Below are positions 17,119 through 27,419 of a stretch of DNA of 64,000 nt, in pieces. This DNA comes from a bacterium (GTDB lineage: Bacteria > Zhuqueibacterota > Zhuqueibacteria > Zhuqueibacterales > Zhuqueibacteraceae). The DNA is taken from contig JBIOXB010000241.1 of the NCBI GenBank assembly GCA_044869275.1, positions 9,482-73,481 on the forward strand, in the 5' to 3' direction. The notes beneath the pieces were generated by a model that was given only the letters and a program-made list of their open reading frames with translations, had not been told where the DNA came from and did no database searches. The stretch's first letter is position 1, and each line of letters begins with the position of its first letter. Made by a program: the position numbers and the translations under genes.

Positions 17119-18837
17119 CTACTCCACGGCGTTGCCAGCTTCGGCCAACAATTCGCGCGCGCTTTTGAGATGGGTTTCTGAAATTTTTTCGCCGCCGAGC
17201 AGGCTGGCGATGGCCTGCGGGCGTTCATGCCTCTGCAAGCGCCGCACGCGTGTGACGGTGCGGCCCTGAACCGTGGCCTTCTCCACGAGGAAATGATGCC
17301 GGCCCGCGCTTGCAATCTGCGGCAAATGAGTAATACAGATTATCTGGTGCGTTTGCGCAAGCTTTTGTAAACGCCTTCCCACGGCCTGGGCCACGCGGCC
17401 GGATACGCCGCTGTCGATTTCATCGAACACCAAGATCGGAATCTCATCGCGCTCGGCAATGATGGATTTCAACGCCAGCATGATACGTGACACCTCCCCG
17501 CCGGAGGCGACTTTCGCCAACGGCGCCATTTCCACGCCGCGATTGGTGCTCAGAAAGAACTCTACAACATCAATGCCACGCCGCCCCACTTTAACTTTGT
17601 GGCCATTATATGTGACAAAGCCTCCGGCCTCGGGCTCGGCCGCGAGGTGTACACGAAACTGCGCCGTATTCAAGCCCAGTTCCGCGAGAACTTCAGGCAC
17701 GAGTTTTTCCAATTGCTGCGCGGCCACATGGCGGCGCGCCGAAAGATCGAGCGCCAATCGGGCGCATTTTTTCTCCGCTTGAGTAAGTTGTTTCTCCAAA
17801 TCTTTGAGCTCGACGACAAAATTCTCGAAGCGTGAGAGCGAGCTTTCAACTTGCTGCCATTTTTGCATCACCTCCGCGAGCGTGGGGCCGTATTTGCGTT
17901 TGAGTCGCTGCAAATCCGCACGGCGCTGGCGCACCTGCTCCAAGCGCTCTTCATCAAGGTGGATCGAGCTCTGGTAACGCTGCATTTCTTGTGCGGTTTC
18001 GCGCAACGCGATTTCGGCAGTTTGCGCGTCGGCATACAACGATTCCAAGGAGGCATCGATGCCTTTCAATTCCGCCAGCGCGTCCATGACGCTCTTGAGC
18101 TGGACGTGCACGGCGTTTTCGTGCTCGTGCAAGAGCGCGCAAATCTTCTGCGCCAGCTCGGCGCGCCGCGCCGCGTGCGCGAGCAATTTGATCTCTTCCT
18201 CGAGCTTCTCTTCTTCGCCCGGCTGCGGTGAGACTTGCTGGAGCTCTTGCAGTTGGAAAATCTCCAAGTCGCGACGGCTTTGGCTCTCTTCATGCTGGCG
18301 CAGCAATTCCGCTTGTTTTTGACGGCATTGCTGTACCTGCTCGAAGGCCGCGGTGGTCTGTTCGCGCAAGTCGAACAGGCCGGCGAAGGTATCCAGAAAT
18401 TGCAAATGCGCGCGCGGGCGCAAGAGCGATTGGTGCTCGTGCTGGCCGTGCAAATCGGCGAGATATTCCGCCACTTCATCCAGCGTGGCCGAAGAAACCG
18501 GCGAGTCATTGATGAAGGCGCGGCTGCGGCCGCTGGCATGAAACTCGCGTCGAATCAGCAACGCGCCGTCGCCCGCCGGCTCGATTTCATTCTCCTGCAA
18601 CAGCCGCCCGATTTCCGCATGCGGGCATTGCAGAAACCAGCCTTCCAGAATCGCTTTGGCCTCGTCGGCGCGCGCGAGCTGAGGCGCGGCCTTCTCACCT
18701 AACAGCGCGGCAATCGCGCCGACGAGCAGGGACTTGCCAGCGCCGGTTTCACCGGTAATGACATTCAAACCTTCTCCGAATTCCAGCTCGACGTGATCGG
18801 CGAGTGTGTAATGCGACAATGAAATTTTTTGTAACAT
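17119..18837 (-). CDS. recN: DNA repair protein RecN
   Basis: TGETGAGKS, HGQHEHQ, ASGGEVSRIML, FDEIDSG, ITHLPQIA. Confidence 0.97.
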   Translation of the reverse strand: MLQKISLSHYTLADHVELEFGEGLNVITGETGAGKSLLVGAIAALLGEKAAPQLARADEAKAILEGWFLQCPHAEIGRLLQENEIEPAGDGALLIRREFHASGRSRAFINDSPVSSATLDEVAEYLADLHGQHEHQSLLRPRAHLQFLDTFAGLFDLREQTTAAFEQVQQCRQKQAELLRQHEESQSRRDLEIFQLQELQQVSPQPGEEEKLEEEIKLLAHAARRAELAQKICALLHEHENAVHVQLKSVMDALAELKGIDASLESLYADAQTAEIALRETAQEMQRYQSSIHLDEERLEQVRQRRADLQRLKRKYGPTLAEVMQKWQQVESSLSRFENFVVELKDLEKQLTQAEKKCARLALDLSARRHVAAQQLEKLVPEVLAELGLNTAQFRVHLAAEPEAGGFVTYNGHKVKVGRRGIDVVEFFLSTNRGVEMAPLAKVASGGEVSRIMLALKSIIAERDEIPILVFDEIDSGVSGRVAQAVGRRLQKLAQTHQIICITHLPQIASAGRHHFLVEKATVQGRTVTRVRRLQRHERPQAIASLLGGEKISETHLKSARELLAEAGNAVE

Positions 18838-19312
18838 CTACACTCTCCCCCTGGTCTTTTCAAGGAACAAATTGAGAAAACCGCCAGCGTTTTCTCGCGC
18901 CTGGTGAAAGATTGCAAAGGCCATGCCTGCGAGCAAACAGAAAAAAGCAAAACGCAAAAGACAACTTGGCATAGCAGTGGACTCGCTGAAAGTGAGAAGA
19001 GATGTGCTTTGGCTAGAATCTTCGGTTATCGGCAAAAGGCGGGAATGAAAGTGCGCAGATTCACACTCAGATTGAGGACACCAAACACATGGCCTGCGCG
19101 CCGGCACCTGGCCCATTGTCCATGCCTGATACAGCCGTGCAAGTAGTCGTACAGAATCGTAACTCATCGCGCCGCGGCATTTTGCGAAGAAGGATTGACA
19201 AATTTCAGTGATTTGAAATGTGCCGGTATGAGCCGTGTCCGGAGAACGAGCCACCACCACTTTGCCGGCACGAACGGCGAGAACGCGATGGGGAAGAAGA
19301 ATTCCACTTGCC

Positions 19313-21586
19313 TTATTGCCGGATCACTGCCACTTTGCCCACGGCACTGGCACCGGTTTCCTCGACGAAAGCCATGAACAGATACACGCCGCTGGGCACC
19401 AACTCGCCCTTCTCATCGCGGCCATCCCACCCCACCTGTGCGCCGGGCACCTGCTCCAGCGGAAAAGATTTGATCAACGTTCCGTCGATGGAATAGATTT
19501 TGACGGCCGCACGCTCGGCAAGATTGGTGATGACGAAGCGGCCGCCCTGCTCGCCGAGGTGAAACGGATTCGGGTAGCCGGTGAGCGCATTCAAATCCTG
19601 CTTGGGAGCAGTGAAGGGCGTGCGCAAGCGCGAAATCCCGTTTGCCGTTGCAATCCAGACGTCACCGTTGTCCGGATTGAAGGCGAAATCAGTGACAAAA
19701 TTGGCAACCAGCGGGCTGTTTTCGATGGTGATGGACTGAAAGGTGAAATTGTCCTCTCCCGACAGCACGGAAATGCCGTTGGCCGTCCCGATCCATTTAT
19801 TGTTGCGCGGATCGATGGCGATGACATTGATGCTCTCGTTGATCACGCCGAAGCGTTCCTGCACATTGCCACCGAACCAATAGTACAAGCCGTCACCCGT
19901 GCCGACCCAAATGAAGCCATCGCGATCCTGCGCCAGCGTGCGAATGTTCGTGCTGCGCAGCCCATCTTCCAGTTTTAAAGTGCCGGCATGGCGATCGTCA
20001 GCAGGGTCATTGAGCGTGCCATTGTAATCGATCACGCTCACGCCGGCATTGGGCAGCTCCTCATTGGTGCCCACCCAAACGCGATCCGCCGTCGTCGTCT
20101 TTTCGATCTCCAAAGTCATCAAGGTCGGGCTGATTTGCTGAAAGGAAGAGGAAAAATAGCGCCACGCACCCTGGGCGGTATAGCAAGCGAGCGTATTGGA
20201 GTTGTTGGCGGTGTAGTTGCAAATCCAAACATTGCCCGCAGCATCCTGTTTGAAAAATGGTATGACGGCTGCGGCGGGATCATTGGAAATGCCCGCGAGG
20301 CCGTTGCTGGCATCAAGGCGAGAGTATTGCAGGTCGTCATCGTTACCCTTGACGATGATGATTCCTCTTCCCCATGTTGAAATCCAACGATCGCCATTCT
20401 GGAGAACATCGACGTGCCGGCAATCTTCAAAAATCAAAGGATGATCTTCGGAGCCGAAGCTTCGCCAGCGCTGGCCATTATACCTCATGAATCCCACTTG
20501 CAAGGCCGGCAGGTCCGAGGTCGTGCACCACACGTGGCCCTGCTGGTCAATGGCAATCGAGGTCATGTTATTCCTCGCCGGGCCATCGGGTTCACGCGCC
20601 AGCCAGGCATTGTTGGCTGGGGCGAATTCAAACAATCCTGCGCGTAAAGTCGAAAGCCACAGCACACCACGGGCATCGGCCACCATGCCCGTCGAGTTCG
20701 GAACCTCGGCGCCCACACGTTCCCAAACCAGAGGCGCTGCCAAAACTTGCAGTCCGCTGGTGGTCACCGCATACAGGCGCTCAGCGCCGGCCGTGCCAGC
20801 GGTTTGCACTTGCCGGAACACGAAGCCGGCGAGATTGCCGTTGAGGTTTTGCCAACTCGCGCCGGTGAGGCCGGCCACGCCGGTGACGCAGGCCGCAATG
20901 ATTTTGCCCTGATATTTGGTGAAGCCGAGCACGCGATTGGAGGGCAGGCCGTGGGCCGTCGTGTAATTGGTCCAGCTTTCCGGCGCTTGCAGATTGGGCA
21001 AATCCAGCGAGGTTTGCGCAACGCCGCTGTTGGTGGCCGCCCACAAATTCCGGCCCTCCACGAAAACGCTGCGCACACTGTCGCTCTGAATGCCCTCGCC
21101 GAGATTGCGATACGTCTCTTTCACTTCTTGCCGGCTGATGAGATACAAGCTGATGCCGCTGCTGTGCGCGATAAACATCGAATCACCGAGCGGGAAGAAA
21201 CCGAGCACGGCATAGTTGAAGGGCTTCAGATCACTGATCACGGCGAAAGTGTTCTTCTCCGGATCGTAAACATCGATGAGGCCGGTGGCATGCCCGATCC
21301 ACACCTGGCCGCGTTCATCCAATGCGATGGTGCTGGTCTCGTTCTGGCTCAGCCCCGCGGTATTGTTGAACGTGCGAAAACGCTGCTCGCTCAATTCCCA
21401 AAACAAAACACCGCCGGTGGTCGCGGCCCAAACCCCCTGCGGTGAGCCCGCCAGCGCTCTAACATTGCGCATATTGGTGAAGGAATCCCAGAGCTGAGCC
21501 GAAGCATCCAGGATTGGGCCATTTTGAGCCAGCAGAAATCCGTGCACGAGCAAAACGCCGGCGACAGCATGGAGAAACTTTTTCAT
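19313..21586 (-). CDS. PorZ-like beta-propeller protein with C-terminal FlgD/T9SS-type sorting domain
   Basis: Signal peptide, regulator-propeller repeats (W-x-G/A-T-x-x-G), 'IAIDPRNNKWIGT', C-terminal 'YPNPF...WDGRDEKGELVPSGVY'. Confidence 0.75.
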   Translation of the reverse strand: MKKFLHAVAGVLLVHGFLLAQNGPILDASAQLWDSFTNMRNVRALAGSPQGVWAATTGGVLFWELSEQRFRTFNNTAGLSQNETSTIALDERGQVWIGHATGLIDVYDPEKNTFAVISDLKPFNYAVLGFFPLGDSMFIAHSSGISLYLISRQEVKETYRNLGEGIQSDSVRSVFVEGRNLWAATNSGVAQTSLDLPNLQAPESWTNYTTAHGLPSNRVLGFTKYQGKIIAACVTGVAGLTGASWQNLNGNLAGFVFRQVQTAGTAGAERLYAVTTSGLQVLAAPLVWERVGAEVPNSTGMVADARGVLWLSTLRAGLFEFAPANNAWLAREPDGPARNNMTSIAIDQQGHVWCTTSDLPALQVGFMRYNGQRWRSFGSEDHPLIFEDCRHVDVLQNGDRWISTWGRGIIIVKGNDDDLQYSRLDASNGLAGISNDPAAAVIPFFKQDAAGNVWICNYTANNSNTLACYTAQGAWRYFSSSFQQISPTLMTLEIEKTTTADRVWVGTNEELPNAGVSVIDYNGTLNDPADDRHAGTLKLEDGLRSTNIRTLAQDRDGFIWVGTGDGLYYWFGGNVQERFGVINESINVIAIDPRNNKWIGTANGISVLSGEDNFTFQSITIENSPLVANFVTDFAFNPDNGDVWIATANGISRLRTPFTAPKQDLNALTGYPNPFHLGEQGGRFVITNLAERAAVKIYSIDGTLIKSFPLEQVPGAQVGWDGRDEKGELVPSGVYLFMAFVEETGASAVGKVAVIRQ

Positions 21587-21647
21587 AAAGTTTTATGCAA
21601 TTTGAATAGCAAGAGGGATTGGCACGTTAAGTCCATCACAAGTGAAA

Positions 21648-21753
21648 ACGATGCTTTTTGAGCAAAGAAATCCAAAATTCAAAGCTCAAAATTCAATACC
21701 GCCTTTGGGCTTTGTGTTTTGAGTTTTTCGTTTACGGCTTGTCCGAGTTAAGG
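21648..21753. repeat. Palindromic repeat element, same family as 12421-12515
   Basis: CAAAATTCAAAGCTCAAAATTCAA ... TTTGGGCTTTGTGTTTTGAG, ending CGGCTTGTCCGAGTTAAGG. Confidence 0.75.
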
Positions 21754-21820
21754 GCCAACCATAACGTGCGCACTGATTCTTATCAAAAAATTCCGCGTGC
21801 CCTTTCAAGAAGTGAGCAAA

Positions 21821-22294
21821 TTATGGCTTTTCTGCGAGCCGGGAAAATAGATTCGCCATTTCAATCGCGGCCATGGCCGCCTCCCAGCCCTTGTTGCCGC
21901 CCTTCGTGCCCGCGCGTTCGATTGCCTGTTCGATGGAATCCGTGGTGAGCACGCCGAAAATCGTGGGCACGCCGCTGTGCACCCCAATTTCACCGAGGGA
22001 CTTTGCCACGAAACCGGCAATGTAATCGAAATGCGGCGTGGCGCCCCGAATCAACACACCCAGACAGATAATGGCATTGTGCTGCTGCAAAGCCACGAGG
22101 CGCTGTGCCGTCACGGGAATTTCATACGCGCCCGGCACGCGATAAACCGTAACGTTCTTTTCCACCGCGCCATGGCGCAACAAACAGTCGGTTGCGCCCT
22201 GCAGCAATTGCTCGCAAATGAAGCTATTGAATCGACTGGCGATGATGGCAAAACTCTTATCGCGTGCGTCGAGTTGTCCTTCGATGATGTGCAT
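21821..22294 (-). CDS. ribH: 6,7-dimethyl-8-ribityllumazine synthase
   Basis: SRFN, VPGAYEIP, IRGATPHFDY, FGVLTT, GNKGWEAA. Confidence 0.97.
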   Translation of the reverse strand: MHIIEGQLDARDKSFAIIASRFNSFICEQLLQGATDCLLRHGAVEKNVTVYRVPGAYEIPVTAQRLVALQQHNAIICLGVLIRGATPHFDYIAGFVAKSLGEIGVHSGVPTIFGVLTTDSIEQAIERAGTKGGNKGWEAAMAAIEMANLFSRLAEKP

Positions 22295-22320
22295 GAGGGT
22301 TCCGTCTTAACTAGTAAAAC

Positions 22321-22370
22321 CACGTTACACGTTACACCTTACACGTGTAAAGTGTAAGGTGTAACGTGTA
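22321..22370. repeat. Perfect 19-bp-arm palindrome built from TTACACG 7-mers
   Basis: TACACGTTACACCTTACAC-N7-GTGTAAGGTGTAACGTGTA. Confidence 0.85.
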
Positions 22371-22393
22371 GCATCAGTCTTTTCATCAAATCA

Positions 22394-23623
22394 TCAATCA
22401 CTGTGATCGCCAGAATCTGCACCGAGCATGATCAAATGCCCGAGCTTGTCACGTTTGGTCTCCAGGTACTTTCGATTGGCCGCATTCGCGGCAATTTCAA
22501 TGGGCACACGCTCGACCACTTCCAGGCCGTACCCCTCGAGACCGACGATTTTTTTGGGATTGTTGGTGAGCAAACGAATCTTGCGAATGCCGAGATCATG
22601 CAAAATCTGCGCGCCGATGCCATAGTGCCGCAGATCCGCTTTGAAGCCCAGCGCTTCATTGGCTTCCACCGTGTCTTTGCCTTCATCTTGCAGTGCATAC
22701 GCTCTGACTTTATTTGCCAGGCCGATGCCCCTGCCCTCCTGGCGCATGTACAACAACACCCCGCTGCCGGCGCGCTCGATTTGTCTGAGCGCCTGCGCCA
22801 GCTGGTCGCCGCAATCGCAGCGCAAAGAGCCCAGCAGGTCGCCGGTCAAACATTGTGAATGCACGCGCACCAGTGTCGGCTCGCCCGTGTCGATCTCGCC
22901 TTTGACAACGGCCACGTGGTGGCTTTCCTCAATATTGCTTTCGTACACGTGCAGCATGAAATCGCCGTAGCGGCTCGGCAGCCGCGAGGTCGCGATACGG
23001 CGCACCAATTTTTCCTGGTGGCGGCGGTATTCGATCAAATCGCGAATGGTGATGATTTTCAAGTTGAATTCGCGCGCGATCTGCATGAGCCTGGGCACGC
23101 GCGCCATGCTGCCGTCTTCGTCCATAATTTCACACAACACGCCGGAAGGATTGAGCCCGGCGAGGCGCGCGAGATCGACCACCGCCTCCGTGTGCCCGGC
23201 ACGCGTTAAGACGCCGCCGGGTTGCGCTTTCAAAGGAAAGATGTGCCCGGGCCGCGCCAGGTCCTGCGGCTTGGTTTCCGGCGCGATCAACTGGCGAATG
23301 GTTTCGGCGCGATCGTGCGCGGAAATGCCGGTGGTGGTATGACGTTTCGCATCGACGGAAACCGTGAATGAGGTCCCCAAGCTCGCAGTATTCTCAGGAA
23401 CCATCTGGTGCAATCCGAGCTCCTGCAAGCGCTCGCCCGGCAATGACACACAAACGAGCCCGCGGCCGTGTTTGACCAAAAAATTCACCAACGCCGGCGT
23501 GACTTTTTCCGCCGCAAAACAGAAGTCGCCCTCGTTTTCGCGATCGTCGTCATCCACCACGATGAGTATCTTGCCTTCGCGGAAATCGGCGATGGCTTCT
23601 GCAATAGCGTTGAAAGCGTACAA
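22394..23623 (-). CDS. ribBA: Bifunctional DHBP synthase / GTP cyclohydrolase II
   Basis: [42 protein letters not shown]. Confidence 0.97.
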   Translation of the reverse strand: MYAFNAIAEAIADFREGKILIVVDDDDRENEGDFCFAAEKVTPALVNFLVKHGRGLVCVSLPGERLQELGLHQMVPENTASLGTSFTVSVDAKRHTTTGISAHDRAETIRQLIAPETKPQDLARPGHIFPLKAQPGGVLTRAGHTEAVVDLARLAGLNPSGVLCEIMDEDGSMARVPRLMQIAREFNLKIITIRDLIEYRRHQEKLVRRIATSRLPSRYGDFMLHVYESNIEESHHVAVVKGEIDTGEPTLVRVHSQCLTGDLLGSLRCDCGDQLAQALRQIERAGSGVLLYMRQEGRGIGLANKVRAYALQDEGKDTVEANEALGFKADLRHYGIGAQILHDLGIRKIRLLTNNPKKIVGLEGYGLEVVERVPIEIAANAANRKYLETKRDKLGHLIMLGADSGDHSD

Positions 23624-23683
23624 TATCTATCTCCAATACCGAAACCAGCGCGTGGATTCTAATCGGTTTGAATTTCTCATGCC

Positions 23684-24328
23684 CTATTTCTCTTCATAAC
23701 CCCACTGCGCGAGCATCTCTTCAGTCAAGCCGCTTGCCTTTGAAAACTGCAGCAGCCGCTCTAAATGCTTGCCGACCAAATCTGTTTCGACATTGAGCTC
23801 GTCTCCCGCCTGGAGACTTCCCAGTGTCGTGTGCTCCAGAGTATGCGGAATCAATGCCAGCGTGATCACGGGATCTTCCAGGCGCGCGACCGTCAGACTC
23901 ACGCCTTCGAGTGCGATCGCGCCGCGGGGGATGACGTAGCGCAGCAGCTCACGCGGCAACTCGACTTTCAAGAGCTTCCCTGCGGCTTGAGGCTCAAGCG
24001 ACACAATCCGCGCGGTACCATCAACATGGCCTTGCACGAGATGGCCGCCCAAACGATCAGCCAGCCGCACGGCACGCTCCAGGTTTACTCGGCTGCCGGT
24101 TTGCAGGTTCCCCAAAGTGGTCTTGCTCAAAGTCTCATCCACAGCTTGAATGGTGAACGTATTCTTCGCCACTGCAATGACGGTCAAACAAACGCCATTG
24201 ACGCAAATGCTGTCGTCAACTTTGGTGCCCTGCAGAACCTTGTGCGCGGTAAATCGAATTTGCCGCGCGCGGGACAATGCCACGAGGGAATGAACACTGC
24301 CGATCTCTTCGATGATGCCGGTAAACAT
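23684..24328 (-). CDS. ribE: Riboflavin synthase (alpha chain)
   Basis: MFTGIIEE, NGVCLT, GGHLVQGHVDG, LIPHT. Confidence 0.96.
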   Translation of the reverse strand: MFTGIIEEIGSVHSLVALSRARQIRFTAHKVLQGTKVDDSICVNGVCLTVIAVAKNTFTIQAVDETLSKTTLGNLQTGSRVNLERAVRLADRLGGHLVQGHVDGTARIVSLEPQAAGKLLKVELPRELLRYVIPRGAIALEGVSLTVARLEDPVITLALIPHTLEHTTLGSLQAGDELNVETDLVGKHLERLLQFSKASGLTEEMLAQWGYEEK

Positions 24329-24329
24329 T

Positions 24330-25238
24330 TCAATTCGTCCAAAGCGTCGCCACAATACCCAGGGCCATCAAGCCGATGGCAAAAGCTTTGCGCCAAGTGA
24401 TCGCTTCTTTAAAGATGAAATATCCAATCGCAACCGCAAGGTTCAATTCCACCACCCGCTTGACGATGGCAACAACCCGCAATGGCGCTTTTTGAATCAC
24501 CGTGAGCTCCAAAGACAACGCGGCCGCGCAAAACAAAATGGCGGCGAGCAGGAGCGCAATCTCCCGTTTCTCCACGCGCAATTGCAGCAGTTGCGCGCGT
24601 TTGAGCAAGATGATCATCAAGCCCGAAAAAATGCCCAGCACCTGCACCAGCGCATGAAAAGGCACCGTGGCCTGCGCCACCGCCAATTTATCCAGGGAAG
24701 AATTAATCGACCACAGCAACGCCACTCCCGTCATCAGCACGCTGCCCTTCTCACGCAAAAACGCCTGCCACATTTTGCCCAAGCCCGAATCTCCCGCACC
24801 GGCGAGATTGAGATTGAGTGCGCCGAACACGGCGAGCAAAATGCCGCCGCTCTGCATGGCTGAGGGATATTCACCCAGCAATGGAATCGCCAGCAGCGTC
24901 ACGTAAATCGGCGTGAGCGCGAGAAAGGGAATCGTCAAACTGAACGGCGAGATTTTGAGCGCGGAAACGAACATCAAATTCGCAGCAATATTGATCAGCA
25001 CCGCCGTGAGCCCAGGCAAAAAATAACCCGCCTGCACTTGATAGGTGCCGGAGAAAATCACCCACGACAGAAAGATCGGAATTTGGCCGAGCGTCAAGAG
25101 CGCCACCAACGGTATCGTTTCAATGCGGCGGGCGAGCAGCTTACGCACGGCATCGAGGCCGGACCACGCCAGGCTGGTGGCAACGATCAAAAGAATGACA
25201 CTGAGACTGACGATCATTAAATATGGCTTTCTGCGCAT
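24330..25238 (-). CDS. EamA/DMT-superfamily transporter embedded in the rib operon
   Basis: About 10 hydrophobic helices in two repeats, 'ALKISPFSLTIP', 'LLGE', 'IFKE'; stop lies 2 bp before the ribE start. Confidence 0.85.
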   Translation of the reverse strand: MRRKPYLMIVSLSVILLIVATSLAWSGLDAVRKLLARRIETIPLVALLTLGQIPIFLSWVIFSGTYQVQAGYFLPGLTAVLINIAANLMFVSALKISPFSLTIPFLALTPIYVTLLAIPLLGEYPSAMQSGGILLAVFGALNLNLAGAGDSGLGKMWQAFLREKGSVLMTGVALLWSINSSLDKLAVAQATVPFHALVQVLGIFSGLMIILLKRAQLLQLRVEKREIALLLAAILFCAAALSLELTVIQKAPLRVVAIVKRVVELNLAVAIGYFIFKEAITWRKAFAIGLMALGIVATLWTN

Positions 25239-25321
25239 CACACTTTACGTTTCACGTGTTACCGCTGCGGGAAGGCGCCAGGCGTAAAACGTAAGTCGTC
25301 ATGTGCGAAGCTGCATTACCT

Positions 25322-26437
25322 TCATTTCGGATATCGAATCCACCCGCTCACCAGGCCGTTGTCGCCCAGGATTTTCCAGCGCGGCTTGACGAGATGGATG
25401 GCCTCGCTCATATTGGCGATGGGCAAGCCTCGAAACGCAGGCACGCCTTCGCCCAAAATCATGGGCGCAAAAAAACAGGTGAGGCGGTCGGCAAGTTTTT
25501 CTTCCAAAAAGCTGGTAAAGATGCGCCGGCCGCCTTCCACCAGCACGGCCGCGAGGCCTTCCTGCCCGATACGCTCCAGGGCCTGGCTCAAGTGCAAGTG
25601 GCCCGAAGGCGTCGGCGATACGTGCCACACTTTTGCGCCGCGCTGCTCGATCTCCGCGGCTTTGCCATGTTCCTTGCAATCGCTGGAAATGATGATGACC
25701 GTGCGCTCGACGTGGGCATCGTTCAGCACTTTGGCAGTCATCGCCACGCGCAGATGGCTGTCCAACACGATGCGCCGGGGTTGGGGCCCTTCTTCATACC
25801 GCACGGTCAAGCGCGGATCGTCCGCGAGTATGGTGCCAATTCCCACCAGCACCGCATCCGTTTGCCAGCGCCAACGATGCGTGAGCCGGCGCGCGCGTTC
25901 GTTGCTGATCCAGCGCGATTGGCCGTGCTGATCCGCGATTTTGCCGTCGACACTTTGCGCGATTTTGAGTGTGACAAAAGGCAAGCGCGTGGTGATGTAT
26001 TTGAAGAAGCTTTCGTTTAATTCACGGCAAGCTTCGGCAAGCAAACCAGTTTCGACTGAAACTCCGCTTTCACGCAAAACTTTAATGCCCCGGCCGTTCA
26101 CGAGAGGATTCGGATCAACACTCCCCAAAACCACGCGCGTGATACCGGATTCGATGATGCGATTGACGCAGGGCGGGGTTTTGCCAAAATGGCTGCAAGG
26201 CTCGAGCGTGCAGTAAAGCGTGGCATTGCGCGCCAGATGTCCGGCTTCACGCAAAGCTTCAACTTCGGCATGATCACCACCAAATTTGCGGTGATAACCT
26301 GCGCCGACGATCTCTCGCTCACGCACCACCACGGCACCGACCAAGGGATTCGGGCTGACAAACCCTCGCCCACGCAAGGCCAGCTGCACGGCTTTCTTGA
26401 GAAACTCGCGATCCGCCTGTGAAAATGAAGACGCCAA
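25322..26437 (-). CDS. ribD: Riboflavin biosynthesis deaminase/reductase
   Basis: PNPLVG, HAE, TLEPCSHFGKTPPC, SVDGKIA, LVEGG. Confidence 0.97.
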   Translation of the reverse strand: MASSFSQADREFLKKAVQLALRGRGFVSPNPLVGAVVVREREIVGAGYHRKFGGDHAEVEALREAGHLARNATLYCTLEPCSHFGKTPPCVNRIIESGITRVVLGSVDPNPLVNGRGIKVLRESGVSVETGLLAEACRELNESFFKYITTRLPFVTLKIAQSVDGKIADQHGQSRWISNERARRLTHRWRWQTDAVLVGIGTILADDPRLTVRYEEGPQPRRIVLDSHLRVAMTAKVLNDAHVERTVIIISSDCKEHGKAAEIEQRGAKVWHVSPTPSGHLHLSQALERIGQEGLAAVLVEGGRRIFTSFLEEKLADRLTCFFAPMILGEGVPAFRGLPIANMSEAIHLVKPRWKILGDNGLVSGWIRYPK

Positions 26438-26542
26438 TTTTTTTGCTCACCCTCGTTTTTTTCATTGTGCAATATAACCAGAAAGGTGACATGCAGTCAA
26501 GGGTTTTTCTATCGTGAGACGGAGCAGGACAGAGTTGAGGCG

Positions 26543-26593
26543 AGTATCCAGTAAACAGTGTCCAGTGACACTGAACACTGAACACTGGATACT
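26543..26593. repeat. 7-mer-built inverted repeat (AGTATCC AGTAAAC AGTGTCC AGTG / ACTGAAC ACTGAAC ACTGGAT ACT)
   Basis: 7-bp periodicity and mirror arms in the divergent ribD/cmoA intergenic region. Confidence 0.75.
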
Positions 26594-26684
26594 GATTTTG
26601 TGCTTGACAACGCATGCCCGTTTTAGCATATTTTGATGATTATCGTCGCATCTAATTGCAGCAAGCCGCTTTGGAGAATATACC

Positions 26685-27410
26685 ATGACTCATGATGAAC
26701 TGTTTCGCAGCAAGAAACAAATGATCAATGATTTTGATTTTGGCGAGAACACGGCGCGCGTGTTCGATGATATGCTCAATCGCTCCGTGCCTTCTTACGG
26801 CGAGATCCAGCGCATGATGGCTGAAATCGCCGGGTACTTCGCCGTGGCGCACACCAATGTCTACGATCTAGGCTGTTCCACCGGCGAAACGTTTCTCTCC
26901 CTCGATTCCCAAGTCCCGCCCGAGGTCACGTTCATCGGGATTGACTCTTCCCATGAAATGCTGGAAAAGGCCAAGAAAAAAATGGACGAGGCCAGGGTTG
27001 CTCACGCCTACGACCTGATCCAGTCCGATTTGAATCAAGGCGTCAATATTGACAACGCCTCGGTGGTCATCATGAACCTAACCTTGCAGTTTATCCGCCC
27101 GCTTTACCGGGAAAAGCTGGTGAGAAGCATCGCGCACGGTCTCAACGACGGCGGGTGTTTGATGGTGGTGGAAAAAGTATTGAGCCCGGATTCGCTCATT
27201 AATCGCTTGTTCATCAAATTCTATTATGATTTCAAAAAACGCAACGGCTATGATGAGCTCGAAATCAAGCAAAAACGAGAAGCCCTGGAAAACATTTTGA
27301 TCCCTTACCATTACGATGAAAACCGGCTGCTGTTGCTGGCGAATGGCTTCAAGGCCTGCGAGTGTTTCTTTCGCTGGTATAACTTCTGTGGCATTATTGC
27401 GGTGAAATAA
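26685..27410 (+). CDS. cmoA: Carboxy-S-adenosyl-L-methionine synthase
   Basis: DFDF..VFDDMLNRSVPSY, YDLGCSTG, NLTLQF, QKREALEN (conserved Arg that contacts the carboxyl group), WYNF..IAVK. Confidence 0.88.
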   Translation: MTHDELFRSKKQMINDFDFGENTARVFDDMLNRSVPSYGEIQRMMAEIAGYFAVAHTNVYDLGCSTGETFLSLDSQVPPEVTFIGIDSSHEMLEKAKKKMDEARVAHAYDLIQSDLNQGVNIDNASVVIMNLTLQFIRPLYREKLVRSIAHGLNDGGCLMVVEKVLSPDSLINRLFIKFYYDFKKRNGYDELEIKQKREALENILIPYHYDENRLLLLANGFKACECFFRWYNFCGIIAVK

Positions 27411-27419
27411 AGCACGGTC

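Noticed and set aside
18838..19312. 140-aa ORF or ncRNA between recN and the PorZ-like gene
   Set aside because: No RBS, motif or recognisable RNA family; probably promoter-containing intergenic DNA.
26438..26684. FMN riboswitch upstream of ribD
   Set aside because: No RFN consensus segments visible; only a 7-mer palindrome and promoter-like AT-rich sequence.
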